From positions 1,088,001 through 1,152,000 of the forward strand of contig CP068257.2 in NCBI GenBank assembly GCA_009914755.4: DNA of 64,000 nucleotides. Direction: 5' to 3'. Origin of the DNA: the human T2T-CHM13v2.0 reference genome, Homo sapiens. Each line of letters starts with the position of its first letter. Position 1 is the first letter of the stretch. The translations under genes were made by a program, and so were the position numbers. Below the pieces are notes generated by a model. That model was not told the DNA's origin. It did no database searches and saw only the letters and a program-made list of their open reading frames with translations. Below, one piece after another: positions 1-15,915 of this stretch.

Positions 1-2809
1 CGTGCAGAGTGATGTCACAACGCCCTCTGTAGGCAGAGACTAGAAAATTGTTGCATCACCTAGGTGATCAGTGCAGAGATATGTTTAAATGCCCCCTGTC
101 GGTGAAGCCTATACAAGAGTTACATCATCTCGGTGATCAGTGCAGTGATATGTTAAAATGCCCCTGTAGGCTAGGCAAGAGTTACATCACCAGGGTTATC
201 AGTGCAGAGATATCTACAATACGCCCTGTAAGCAGAGCCTAGACAAGTGTTACATCAGCTGGTGATCAGTGCAGAGATATGTCATAAATCCCACTGTAGG
301 CAAAGCCTATACAAGTTTTCCATCACCTCAGCGATCAGTGCAGAGATATGTCCCAATGCCCCTCTAGGCAGAGCATAGACAAGAGTTACATAACCCGGGT
401 GATCCGTGCAGAATGATGTCACAACGACCTCTGTAGACAGAGACTAGAAAAGAGTTACATCACCTGGGTGATCAGTGCAGAGATATGTCACAATGCCCCC
501 TGTAGGCAGAGCATAGAGAAGAGTTGCATCACCTGGGTGATCAGTGCAGAGATATGTCACAATATCCCCTATAGGCAAAGCCTAGGCAAGAGTTACATCA
601 CCTTTGTCATTCATTCAGTGATATGTGAAAATGCCCCAGTAGGCAGAGCCTAGACAAGAGTTACATCACCTAGTTGATCAGTGCAAAGATATTTCACAAT
701 ACCTAAATTCCCTGTAGGCTGTGCTTATAAAAGTGTTACATCACATAAGAGATCAGTGCAGAGATATGTCACAAAGCTCCTGCAGGCAGAACTTAGATGA
801 GTTACACAACCTGTGTGATCAGTGCAAAGGTATGTCACAAAGCCCCCTGTATTCAAAGCCTAGACTATCGTTACATCACTTGGGTGATCAGTGGCGAGAT
901 CTCTCACAATTCCCCTGTAGGCAGAGCTTATACAACTGTTACATCACCTGGGTGATCAGTGCAGGGATATGTCCCAATGCCCCAATAGGCAGATCCAAGA
1001 CAAGAGTCCATCACCTGGGTGATCAGTGCAAAGGTATGTCACAAAGCCCCCTGTAGGAAAAGCCTAGACAATAGTTACATAACTTGGGTGATCAGTGGCA
1101 AGATCTCTCACAATTCCCCTGTAGGCAGAGCTTATACAACAGTTACATCACCTGGGTGATCAGTGCAGAGATATTTCACAATACCCCTGCAGGCAGAGCG
1201 TAAGCAAGTGTTACATCACCTAGGTGATCAGTGTAGAAATATGTCACAAGGCCCCCTATGGGCAGAGACTGGAGAAGAATTACATCACCTCGGTGATCAA
1301 TGCAGTGATATATCACTATGCCCCGTAGGCAGAGCCTAGTCAAGCATTACATCACCTGGGAGATCAGTGCAGAGATATTTCACAATACCCCCCGTAGGCA
1401 GATCCTAGACAAGAGTTGAATCACCTGGTTGATCAGTGCAGAGATATATCACAATGCCCCCTTTGGGCCGAGGGGAGACAAGAGTTACATCACCTAGGTG
1501 ATCAGTGCAGAGATTTGTCAAAATTCCCTGTAGGCAGTGCTTATAAAAGTGTTACATCACCTAAGTGATCAGTGCAGAGTTATGTCACAAAGCTCCTGTA
1601 GGCAGAACTTAGATGAGTTACGTCACCTCTGTGATTAGTGCTATGGTATGTCACAAAGCCCCCTTTAGGCAAAGCCTAGACAAGAGTTACATCACTTGGG
1701 TGATCAGTGGCAGGATCTCTCACAATTCCCCTGTCGGCAGAGCTTATACAACATTTACATCACCTGGGTGATCAGTGCAGACATACGTCCCGATGCCCCC
1801 ATAGGCAGATCCAAGACAAGAGTCCGTCACCTTGGTGATCATTGCAGAAATATGTCACAATGCCCCCTTAGGCAGAGCCTAGACAAAAGCCCCATCACCT
1901 GGATGATCAGTGCAGATTTATGTCACAAAGTCCCTCTAGGTAGATCCTAAACAAGAGTTACATCACCTGGGTGATCAGTGCAGACATATGTCACACTGCC
2001 TCTGTAGGCAGCGCCTAGACAAGTGTTACATGACCTAGGTGATCAGTGCAGAGATACATCGCAATGACCCTGTAGGCAGAACCTTCACAAGTGGTATATC
2101 AGGTGGGTGATCATTGCAGGTATATGTCACAAGGCACCCTGTAGGCCGATCCTAGAGAAGAGTTATATCACCTGGGTAATCAGTGCAGAGATATGTCACA
2201 AGCCCCCTGTAGGCAGAGCCTAGTCAAGAGTTATATCTCCTGGGTGATCAGTGCAGTTATATGTCACGATGTCGTGTAGCCAGAGCCTAGACTAAAGTTA
2301 CAGCACCTTGGAGAACATTGCAGATATATTTCGCAATGCCCCTGCAGGCAGACCGTAAGGAAGAGTTACATCACCTAGATGATCAGTGCAGAGATATGTC
2401 ACAAGGCCCCCTATAGGCAGAGCCTGGACAAGAGTTGCATCATCTCGGTGATCAATGTAGTGATATGTCACTATGCCCTGTAGGCAGAGCCTAGTCAAGC
2501 GTTACATCACCAGGGTGATCAGTGCAGAGATATGTCACAAAGCCCCCATAAACAGAGGCTACACAAGTGCCCCATCACTTTGGTGATCAGTGCAGAAATA
2601 TGTCACAATGCCCCCACAGGCACACCCAAGAGAAGAGTTACATCACCTGGGTGATCAGTGTAGAGATATTTCACAATTCCCCCTTAGGCAGAGCTTAGAC
2701 AAAAGTCCCATCACCTGGGTGATAAAAGCAGAGATATGTCACAAACCCCCTGTAGGCAGAGCCTAAACAAGAGTTACTTCAGTTTGTTGATCAGTTCAGA
2801 GATGTGTCA
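1..2809. repeat. Beta-satellite array, block A (68-bp Sau3A-type monomers, ~41 copies)
   Basis: Strict ~68-bp periodicity of 'gttacatcacctgggtgatcagtgcagagatatgtcacaatgcccctgtaggcagagcctagacaagag' variants. GATC (Sau3A) site in every monomer. An internal 816-bp (12-monomer) periodicity is visible (e.g. ~880-960 vs ~1696-1780). Confidence 0.9.
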
Positions 2810-3200
2810 TGCTGACTGTTTGTTCCCATAGCTCTGTGGGCACCCGGAAACATGCAGGGAATGGTAGAAGTCCGGCATGGTGGCTTCGCTCTCCTTGCCC
2901 GTTTCCTAACCGCCCACACTGCAGACTCCCCATGTTGCCGCACACGGGAATCCATAGTCATGCCATCACGCCTGGGAGGCATCTTGTCTCTGGGGTCTGG
3001 CTCTGGTCTCCTATGTGGAAATGAACGAGAGCCACAAGCTTGCTTGTGTGAGACTGTCCCGGCAACGGCGACACCCACGGGCACTGCCTCCTTCTCGGAG
3101 AGAGGGCCTGAAACTCTCAAGACTCCCACGGAGGTTCAGTTCCACACTTCCCTCCACCCTCCCAGGCTGGTTTCTCCCTGCTGAAGACGTGTGGGAGCCC
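2810..3200 (+). repeat. LSau-like segment at the 5' end of D4Z4-like unit 1 (homologous segments at ~9917-10300, ~13165-13540, ~24558-24950)
   Basis: ~400-bp segment conserved at the start of all four units ('ctgtgggcacccggaaacatgcagggaa...ccacactgcagactccccatgttgccgcacacgggaatcc...'). Identification as LSau is from memory of published D4Z4 composition (LSau + hhspm3 + double homeobox), not from a search. Confidence 0.45.
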
Positions 3201-3456
3201 AGATAGCGTCTTCCAGTTCCCGCGGGATTCCTGGAGAGGTCCGGAGAGCCAGCCCCCGAAAAGCTCCCCCCACCCCTTCCCCCTCGCCCCTTTCCTCTTC
3301 ATCCCTCCTGCCCCACCACCACCAGCACCATGCCCTCCCCCTCAACCCACCACCCCCCAGCCACAGGCCTCGATGCCCTGGGACCCTTCCGGGGCAGGCT
3401 GTCCCAGGGCTCACCGCCATTCATGAAGTGGTGGAGCCTGCCTGCCTGAGGGCCTT

Positions 3457-3461
3457 TATAA
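3457..3461 (+). promoter_or_regulatory. TATAA-like box 141 bp upstream of the DUX4-like ATG (context ggcctttataagagccgctggctgg)
   Basis: Position-conserved in units 1, 3 and 4 at 137-141 bp from the ATG (3457, 13817, 25215). Unit 2 has TATGA at 10573. Corresponds by position to the TACAA box described upstream of DUX4 in D4Z4; here it reads TATAA. Confidence 0.45.
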
Positions 3462-3597
3462 GAGCCGCTGGCTGGCTGTCCGGTCAGGCCTCCTGGCTGC
3501 ACCTGCTGCAGTGCACAGGCCGACTGAGGTTCACCGGATGCCTCCAGCCTCTCTCTGACCGTGTGCATCTGTGAAATTCTGGCTGGGGCTCCCCGCC

Positions 3598-4854
<1,257 letters not shown>

Positions 4855-5399
4855 GACTTGGGGTGGCGACGGGGTCGGATCGGGGCAGGGCGGTGGTCTC
4901 TCTTTCGTGGGGAACACCTGGCTGGCTATGGAGGGGCGTGTCTTCCCCCCTCCCCCTCCACCGGGCTGACCGGCCTTTGATTCCTGCCTTCTAGGTCTAG
5001 GCCCGGTGAGAGGCTCCACAAAGCAAAGAACTGCCATTCTTTCCTGGGCATCAGGGGGATCCCAGAGCCGGCCCAGGTACCAGCAGTTGGGTCGCCTACT
5101 GTGCACGCGCGGGTTTGCTGGCAGCTGACTGGGCTGTGGGAGCAGCCCGTGCAGAGCTCTCATGCCTTTCCACCACCCCACCCCCGCCTGACCACCTCCT
5201 CCCCACCCCCACACCCCACCCCCGGAAAATGCATCCTCCCCTGGGCTGAGTGGATACCCCCGTCCCGCAAAACACCGGGACCGCGCAGCGTCCAGACCTG
5301 ACACCCCTCCGGTGGCTCGCTTCCTCTGAACCTTCGCGCCACTGTCGCCGGACCGCCCGTGACCCTGAAGCCTCCCAGCTGCCACCATGGAGCGCCTGG

Positions 5400-5545
5400 T
5401 GGCGGAACGCAGACTTCTAGCTCTCTTTTCCGGTCTCCTGGCTAGACTTGCGCTCATTGCACACCCTGGGTGACGTGCAAGGGAGCCCGCTGGCCTTTCT
5501 ATGCCCTTGTCCATCCCGACAATTCCAGCTGAGGCTCTCCAAACA
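5400..5545 (+). repeat. 3'-terminal segment of unit 1, paralogous to the DUX4 promoter-proximal region (-130 to -10)
   Basis: 5400-5545 ('...tccggtctcctggctagacttgcgctcattgcacaccctgggtgacgtgcaagggagcccgctggcctttctatgcccttgtccatcccgacaattccagctgaggctctcc') aligns at ~70% with 3475-3595 ('...tccggtcaggcctcctggctgcacctgctgcagtgcacaggccgactgaggttcaccggatgcctccagcctctctctgaccgtgtgcatctgtgaaattctggctggggctcc'). The same 3' segment is present in unit 3 (~15775-15905) and unit 4 (~27170-27310). It is absent from unit 2, which instead has a different ~600-bp tail. Confidence 0.6.
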
Positions 5546-5555
5546 CCTTCCGACG

Positions 5556-8500
5556 CTCTTTAGTCAAAGCCTGGAGAATAGTTACATCTCCTGGATGATC
5601 AGTTCAGAAATGTGTCACAATGCCCCTTCCTGCGGAGACTAGAGAAGATTTGCATCATTTGAGTGATCAGTGTAGAGATATATCACAATGTCCTCTGTAT
5701 AAAAAGCCTGGAAATGATTTACATCACCTCGGAGATCAGTGCATAGGTATGTCAGAAATCCCCAGTAGGCTGAACCTAGACAAGGGTTACATCACTTAGG
5801 TGATCAGGGTAGAGATACCTGAAAATTCCCGTGTAGACAGAGCCTAGACAAGTGTTACATCACCTAGTGATCAGTGCAGGGATAAGTTGTAAAGCCTCCT
5901 GTAGGCAGAGTGTAGACAAGTGTTTCCTCTCTGGGGTGATCAGTGCAGAGTTATGTCACAAAGCCCCTTTAAGCAGAACCTCGACAAGGGTTACATCACC
6001 TGTTTGATCAGTGGAAATGTATATCACAAAGCCCCCGTAGGCAAAGCCCAGACAATTGTTACATCACCTGGGTGAGCAGTGGAGAGATCTGTCACAATGA
6101 TTCTGTCGGCAGAACTTAGACAAGGGTTACATCACCTGGGTGATCAGTGCAGAGATATGTCAAAACGCTACTGTAGGCTGAACCTAGGAATGAGTTACAC
6201 CAACTGGGTGATCAGTGCAGAGATATGTGAGAATTCCCGTGTAGGCAGAGTCTAGACAAGTGTTACATCACCTAGGTTATCAGTGCAGGTATAAGTCATA
6301 AAGCCTCCTGTAGGCAGAGCGTAGACAAGAGTTCCCTCCCCAGGATAATCAGTGCAGAGATGTGTCACAAAGCCCCTGTAGGCAGAGCCTAGACAAGAGT
6401 TACATGACCTAGGTGATCAGTGCAGAGACACATCGCAATGTCCCTGTAGGCAGAACCTTGACAAGTGGTACATCACCTGGGTGATCATTGCAGGGATATG
6501 TCACAAAGCACCTTGTAGGCAGACCACAGAGAAAAGTTATATCACCTGGGTGATCAGTGCAGAGATATGTAAAAAGCCCCCTGTAGGCAGAGCATAGACA
6601 AGAGTTACATCACCTGGGTGATCAGTGCAGAGATTTGACACAATGCCCCCATAGACAGAGCCTTGACAAGACTTCCATTACCTGGGTGATCTGTGTAGAG
6701 ATATGTCACAAATCCCCCTCCAGGCAGAGTATAGAGTAGAGTCCCATCACCTGGGTGATCAGTGCAGAGATATTTCACAATGCCCCTTGTACGCAGAGAG
6801 TGGACAAGAGTTACATAACCTAGGTGATCTGTGCAGAGCTATGTCAAAACGCCCCTGTAGGCAGAGGCTAGATAAATGTTACATCACCTGGGTGATCAGT
6901 GCAGAGATACGTCACAATACCCCATGTAGGTGGAGCCCAGACAAGAGTTACATCACCTGGGTGATCAGTGCAGAGATACGTCACAATAACCCCTGTAGGT
7001 GGAGCCTAGACATTAGTTACATCACCTGGGTGATCAGTGCAGAGATATGTAACAAAGCCCCTGTAGGCAGAGCCTAAACAAGAGTTACATCACCAGGGCG
7101 ATCAATTTAGAAATATGTCACAAAGCCCCGTAGGCCGAGCCTAGACAAGACTTACATCTCCTGGGTGATCAGTGCAAAGATATGTCACAAAGCCAACTGT
7201 AGACAAATCCCATAAAATTGTTACATCACCTGAGTGATCAGTGGAGATATCTGTCACAATTCCCCTTTAGGCGAAGCTTAGAAACACGTTACATCACATG
7301 AGTGATCAGTGCAGAGATATGTCACTATGCCCCCATAGGCAGATCCAAGACAAGAGTCCATCACCTGGGTGATCAGTGCAGAAATAAGCCACAATACCGC
7401 CAGTAGGCAGATATAGACAAGAGTTACATCACCTGCGTGATCACTGCAGAGATAAGTCACAATGCCCCTGTAGGAAGAGCCTAGAGAAGAGTCCCATCAT
7501 CTGGGTGATCAGTGCAGAGTTATGTCTCAATGCCCCCTTTTGGCAGAGCCTAGACAAGCGTTACATCACCAGGGTGATCAGTGCAGGGAAGTGTCACAAG
7601 CCCCCAGTAGCCAGAGCCTAGACAAGAGTTATATCAGCTTTGTGATCAGTGCAGTGACATGTCACAATGTCCATGTAGCCATATCATTGAGAAAAGTGAC
7701 ATCACCTTGGTGATCAGTGTGGAGATATGTCACAATGTCTCCAGTAGTCAGAGCCTAGACAAGAGTTACATCACCTGGATGATCAGGGCAGAGACATGTC
7801 ACAATGCCCCCTGTAAGCAGATCCCAGACAAGAGTTGCATCACCTCGGTGATCAGTGGAGAGATACGTCTCAATGCCCCCTGTCAGCGAAGCCTATACAA
7901 GAGTTACATCATCTCGGTGATCAGTGCAGTGATATGTGAAAATGCCCCTGTAGGCAGAGCCTAGACAAGAGTTACATCACCTGGGTGATCAGTGCAGAGA
8001 TATCTCATGGTACCCCCTGTAAGCAGAGCCTAGACAAGAGTTACATCACCTGGGTGATCAGTGCAGAGATATGTCATAAAATCCACTGTAGGCAAAGCCT
8101 AGACAAGTTTTACATCACCTCAGCGATCAGTGCAGAGATATGTCCCAATGTGCCTCTAGGCAGAGCTTAGAGAAGAGTCACATCTCCTGGGTGATCAGTG
8201 CGGAGATAAGTCACAATGCCCCCGTAGGCTGAGCCTAGACAAGAGTTACATAACCCGGTTGATCCGTGCAGAGATAAGTCCCAATGCTCCCATAGTCAGA
8301 GCCTAGAAAAGTGTTACATAACCCAGGTGATCCGTGCAGAGTGATGTCACACCGCCCTCTGTAGGTAGAGACTAGAAAAGAGTTACATCATCTGGGTGAT
8401 CAGTGCAGAGATATGTCGCAATGCCCACTGTAGGCAGATCATAGAGAAGAGTTGCATCACCTGGGTGATCAGTGCAGAAATATGTCACAATGCCCTCTTT

Positions 8501-9916
8501 GGCAGAGCCTAGACAAAAGCCCCAACACCTGGATGATCAGTGCAGAGTTATGTCACAATGCCACTGTAGGCAGAGCTGAGACAAGCGTTACATGACCTAG
8601 ATGATCAGTGCAGAGATACATCGCAATGCCCCTGCAGGCAGAGCCTTGAGAAGTGGTATATCACCTGGGTGATCATTGCAGGGATATGTCACAAAGCACC
8701 CTGTAGGCAGATCCTAGAGGAGAGTTATATCACCTGGGTGATCAGTGCAGATATATGTCACAAGCCCCCTGTAGGCAGAGCCTAGACAAGAGTTATATCA
8801 CCTGGGTGATCAGTGCAGTGATATGTCACAATGCCGTGTAGCCAGAGCCTAGACTAAACTTACAGCACCTGGGAGATCAGTGCAGAGATATGTCACAATG
8901 TCCCCAGTAGGCAGAGACCAGGCAAGAGTTGGATCACCTCGGCATCAGTGCAGAGATATGTCTCAATCCCCGTGTGGGCATAGCCTAGACAAGAGTTACA
9001 TCACCTCGGTTAACAGTGCAGAGATATGTCAAAATGCCCCTGTAGGCAGAGCCTACACAACTGTTACATCACTGAGGTTATCAGTGCAGATATATGTCAC
9101 AATACCCCCTGTAAGCAGAGCCTAGACAAGAGATACATCACCTGGGTGATCAGTGCAGAGATATGTGACAAGGCCCCTTTTAACAGAGCCTAGACAATAG
9201 TTACATCACCTGAGTGGTCAGTAAATAGATCTGTCACAATGCCCCTTTAGGCAGAGCTTAGACCAGAGTTACATCAGCTGGGTGATCAGTGAAGAGATAT
9301 GTCAGAATGCCCCCATAGGCTCATCCAAGACAAGATTCCTTCACCTGGGTGATCAGTGCAGAAATATATGACAATGCCCCCAGTAGGCAGAGCCTAGAGA
9401 AGAGTCCCATCACCTGGATGATCAGTGTAGAGATATTTCACAATGCCCCTGCAGGCAGAGCGTAAGCAAGTGTTACATCACCTAGATGATCAAGTGCAGA
9501 GATATGTCACAAGGCCCCCTATAGGCAGAGCCTGGACAAGAGTTACAACACCTCGAAGATCAATGCAGTGATATGTCACTATGCCCCGAAGGCAGAGCCT
9601 AGTCAAGCGTTGCATCACCTGGTTGATCAGTGCAGAGATATGTCACAAAGCCCCCATACACAGAGCCTAGACAAGAGTCCCATCACCTGGGTGATCAGTG
9701 CAGATATATGTCACAATGCCCTCATAGGCTGATCCAACACAAGAGTTACATCACCTGGGTGATCAGTGTAGGGACATGTCAAAATGTCCCCATAGGCAGA
9801 GCCTAGACAAAAGACCCATCACCTGGGTGATCAGTGCAGAGATGTGTCACAAAGCCCCTGTAGGCAGAGCATAGACAAGAGTTACATCTCTTTGTTGATC
9901 AGTTCAGAGATGTGCC
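5556..9916. repeat. Beta-satellite array, block B (~64 monomers)
   Basis: Continuous 68-bp monomers. Its proximal ~600 bp (5556-6150) is paralogous to 15916-16480 and to 27326-28200 (excluding the Alu). Confidence 0.9.
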
Positions 9917-10542
9917 ATGCTGACTGTTTGCTCCTGGAGCTCTGCGGGCACCCAGAAACATGCAGGGAAGGGTGGAAGACTGACATGTTGCCTTCGCTCT
10001 CATTGCCAGGTTCCAAACCGGCCACACTGCAGACTCCCCATGTTTCTGCACACAGGAATCCATCGTCAGGCCATCACGCCGGGGAGGCATCTTCTCTCTG
10101 TGGTCTTGCTCTGGTCTCCTACGTGGAAGTAAACGAGAGCCACACGCCTGCGCGTGTGAGACTGTCCCAGCAACGGCGACACCCACAGGCACTGCCTCCT
10201 TCACGGAGACAGGGCCTGGAACTCTCAAGACTCCCACGGAGGTTCAGTTCCACACTCCCCTCCACCCTCCCAGGCCGGTTTCTCCCTGCTGAAGATGCGT
10301 GGGAGCCCAGAGAGCGGCTTCCAGTTCCTGCGGGATTCCTGGAGAGGTTCGGAGAGCCAGCCCCCGAAACGCACCCCCCTCACCTCTCCCCCCTCGCCCC
10401 CTTCCTCTTCGTCTCTCCGGCCCCACCACCACCATCACCACGCCCTCCCACCCCACCCCACCACCCCACGGCCGCAGGCCTGGACGCCCTGGGACACTTC
10501 CGGAGTGGTGCGGGCTGTCCCAGGCCTCACCGCCATTCATGA

Positions 10543-11981
<1,439 letters not shown>

Positions 11982-12582
11982 GACGCGGGGTTGGGACGGG
12001 GTCGGGTCGGGGCAGGGCGGTGGCCTCTCTTTCACGGGGAACACCTGGCTGGCTATGGAGGGGCGAGTCTTCACCCCACACCCTCCACCAGGCTGACCGG
12101 CTTGGGATTCCTGCCTTCTAGGTCTAGGTCTGGTGAGAGGCTCCACAGAGCGTAGAACTGCCATTCTTTCCTGGGCATCCTGTGGATCCCACAGCCGGCC
12201 CGGGTACCAGCAGGTGGGCCGCGTACTGCGCACGCGCTGGTTTGCGGGCAGGCCCCTGGGCTGTGGGAACACCCCGGGCAGAGCTCTCATGCCTTTCCAC
12301 CACCCCACCCTCGCCATACCACCACCTTCCAACCCCCACCCCCCTCCCCCGGAAAATGCGTCCTCCCCTGGGCTGGGTGGAGACCCCCGTCCCGTGAAAC
12401 ACCGGGCACGCGCAGCATCCAGGCTTGACACCCTTCTGGCGGCTCGTCTCCTCTGCGCCTCTGTGCCACTATCGCTGGCCCGCCCGTGCCCTTGCAGCCT
12501 CCCAGCTACCACCTTGGAGCGCCTGGCAGCGGAATGCAGACCCAAGGCCTGGCACACACCGGGGACGCTGAGCGTTTCAGGT

Positions 12583-12790
12583 GGGAGGGAAGGCGGGCAG
12601 AGATGGAGAGAGGAACCAGAGACCTAAAGGGGCAGAAGGATGGGCGGAGGGAATTTAGCAGGGGGGAAAGGAGGGAAGGAGGGAGGGAGGGAAGCAGGGA
12701 GGAACGAAGGGAAAGAAAGAGAGACGCAGTGACTGGGTGCGGGCGGGAGGGAGCCAGGGAGAGAGGGAGGAAGGCAGAGAAGAAAAGTGG
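12583..12790 (+). repeat. ~200-bp polypurine (GGA/GGGA/GAA-rich) tract in the unique 3' tail of unit 2
   Basis: 'gggagggaaggcgggcagagatggagagaggaaccagagacctaaaggggcagaaggatgggcggagggaatttagcaggggggaaaggagggaaggagggagggagggaagcagggaggaacgaagggaaagaaagagag...gggagagagggaggaaggcagagaagaaaag' is >90% purine on the + strand. It occurs only once in the window. Confidence 0.75.
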
Positions 12791-13164
12791 TCTTCGGCCT
12801 CTCGGAGGAACGGGACCCCCGCCCTCCGGGAAAATGGTAAGCATCCGGCACAAGCTGAGGGCTCAGGAAACAGCCGCCGCGTCTGCCGGCGGAGCAGTCA
12901 TTCGCTCCGTTTCCGTGGCCCAGGGAATGGGCAGTTTCCTCTGAGACAAAAGACCGGGACTCGGGTTGGCATCGGGTTTTCACCGGCATGGATCACAGAC
13001 CGCACATCCCCAGGCTGAGCCCCACAATGGAGCACGAGGCCGACAGCCCCGACCGCGGAGGAGCCACACTTGGGACGAAGGAGGCGTGATGTTGGTTTCC
13101 GCGTGGCTTTGCCCTCTGCAAGGCGGCTTGTTGCTCACTTCTCTCCGGCCCCCGAAAAGTTGGC

Positions 13165-15915
<2,751 letters not shown>

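Noticed and set aside
5387-5473. Conserved 28-codon ORF with a good Kozak context (gccaccATGG) in the 3' promoter-like segment of units 1, 3 and 4 (MERLVAERRLLALFSGLLARLALIAHPG; also ATG at 15757 and 27154)
   Set aside because: Open in three copies, but inter-copy substitutions are mostly nonsynonymous and a 28-codon GC-rich ORF is expected by chance. The ATG is TTG in unit 2. It could act as an upstream-ORF-like element if transcribed, but there is no basis to call it a gene.
5556-5700. Searched downstream of each D4Z4-like unit for a pLAM-type ATTAAA/AATAAA poly(A) signal that would make a DUX4-like transcript stable
   Set aside because: None seen within ~150 bp of the unit-to-beta-satellite junctions (5556-5700, 15916-16060, 27326-27470). 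The corresponding position reads normal beta-satellite ('aaatgtgtcacaatgcc'). Reported as a negative observation only.
12486-12944. 152-aa ORF 'EGRRAEMERGTRDLKGQKDGRREFSRGERREGGREGSREERRERKRD...'
   Set aside because: It is the translation of the polypurine tract (GGA/GAA codons give G/E/R/K). A low-complexity artefact.
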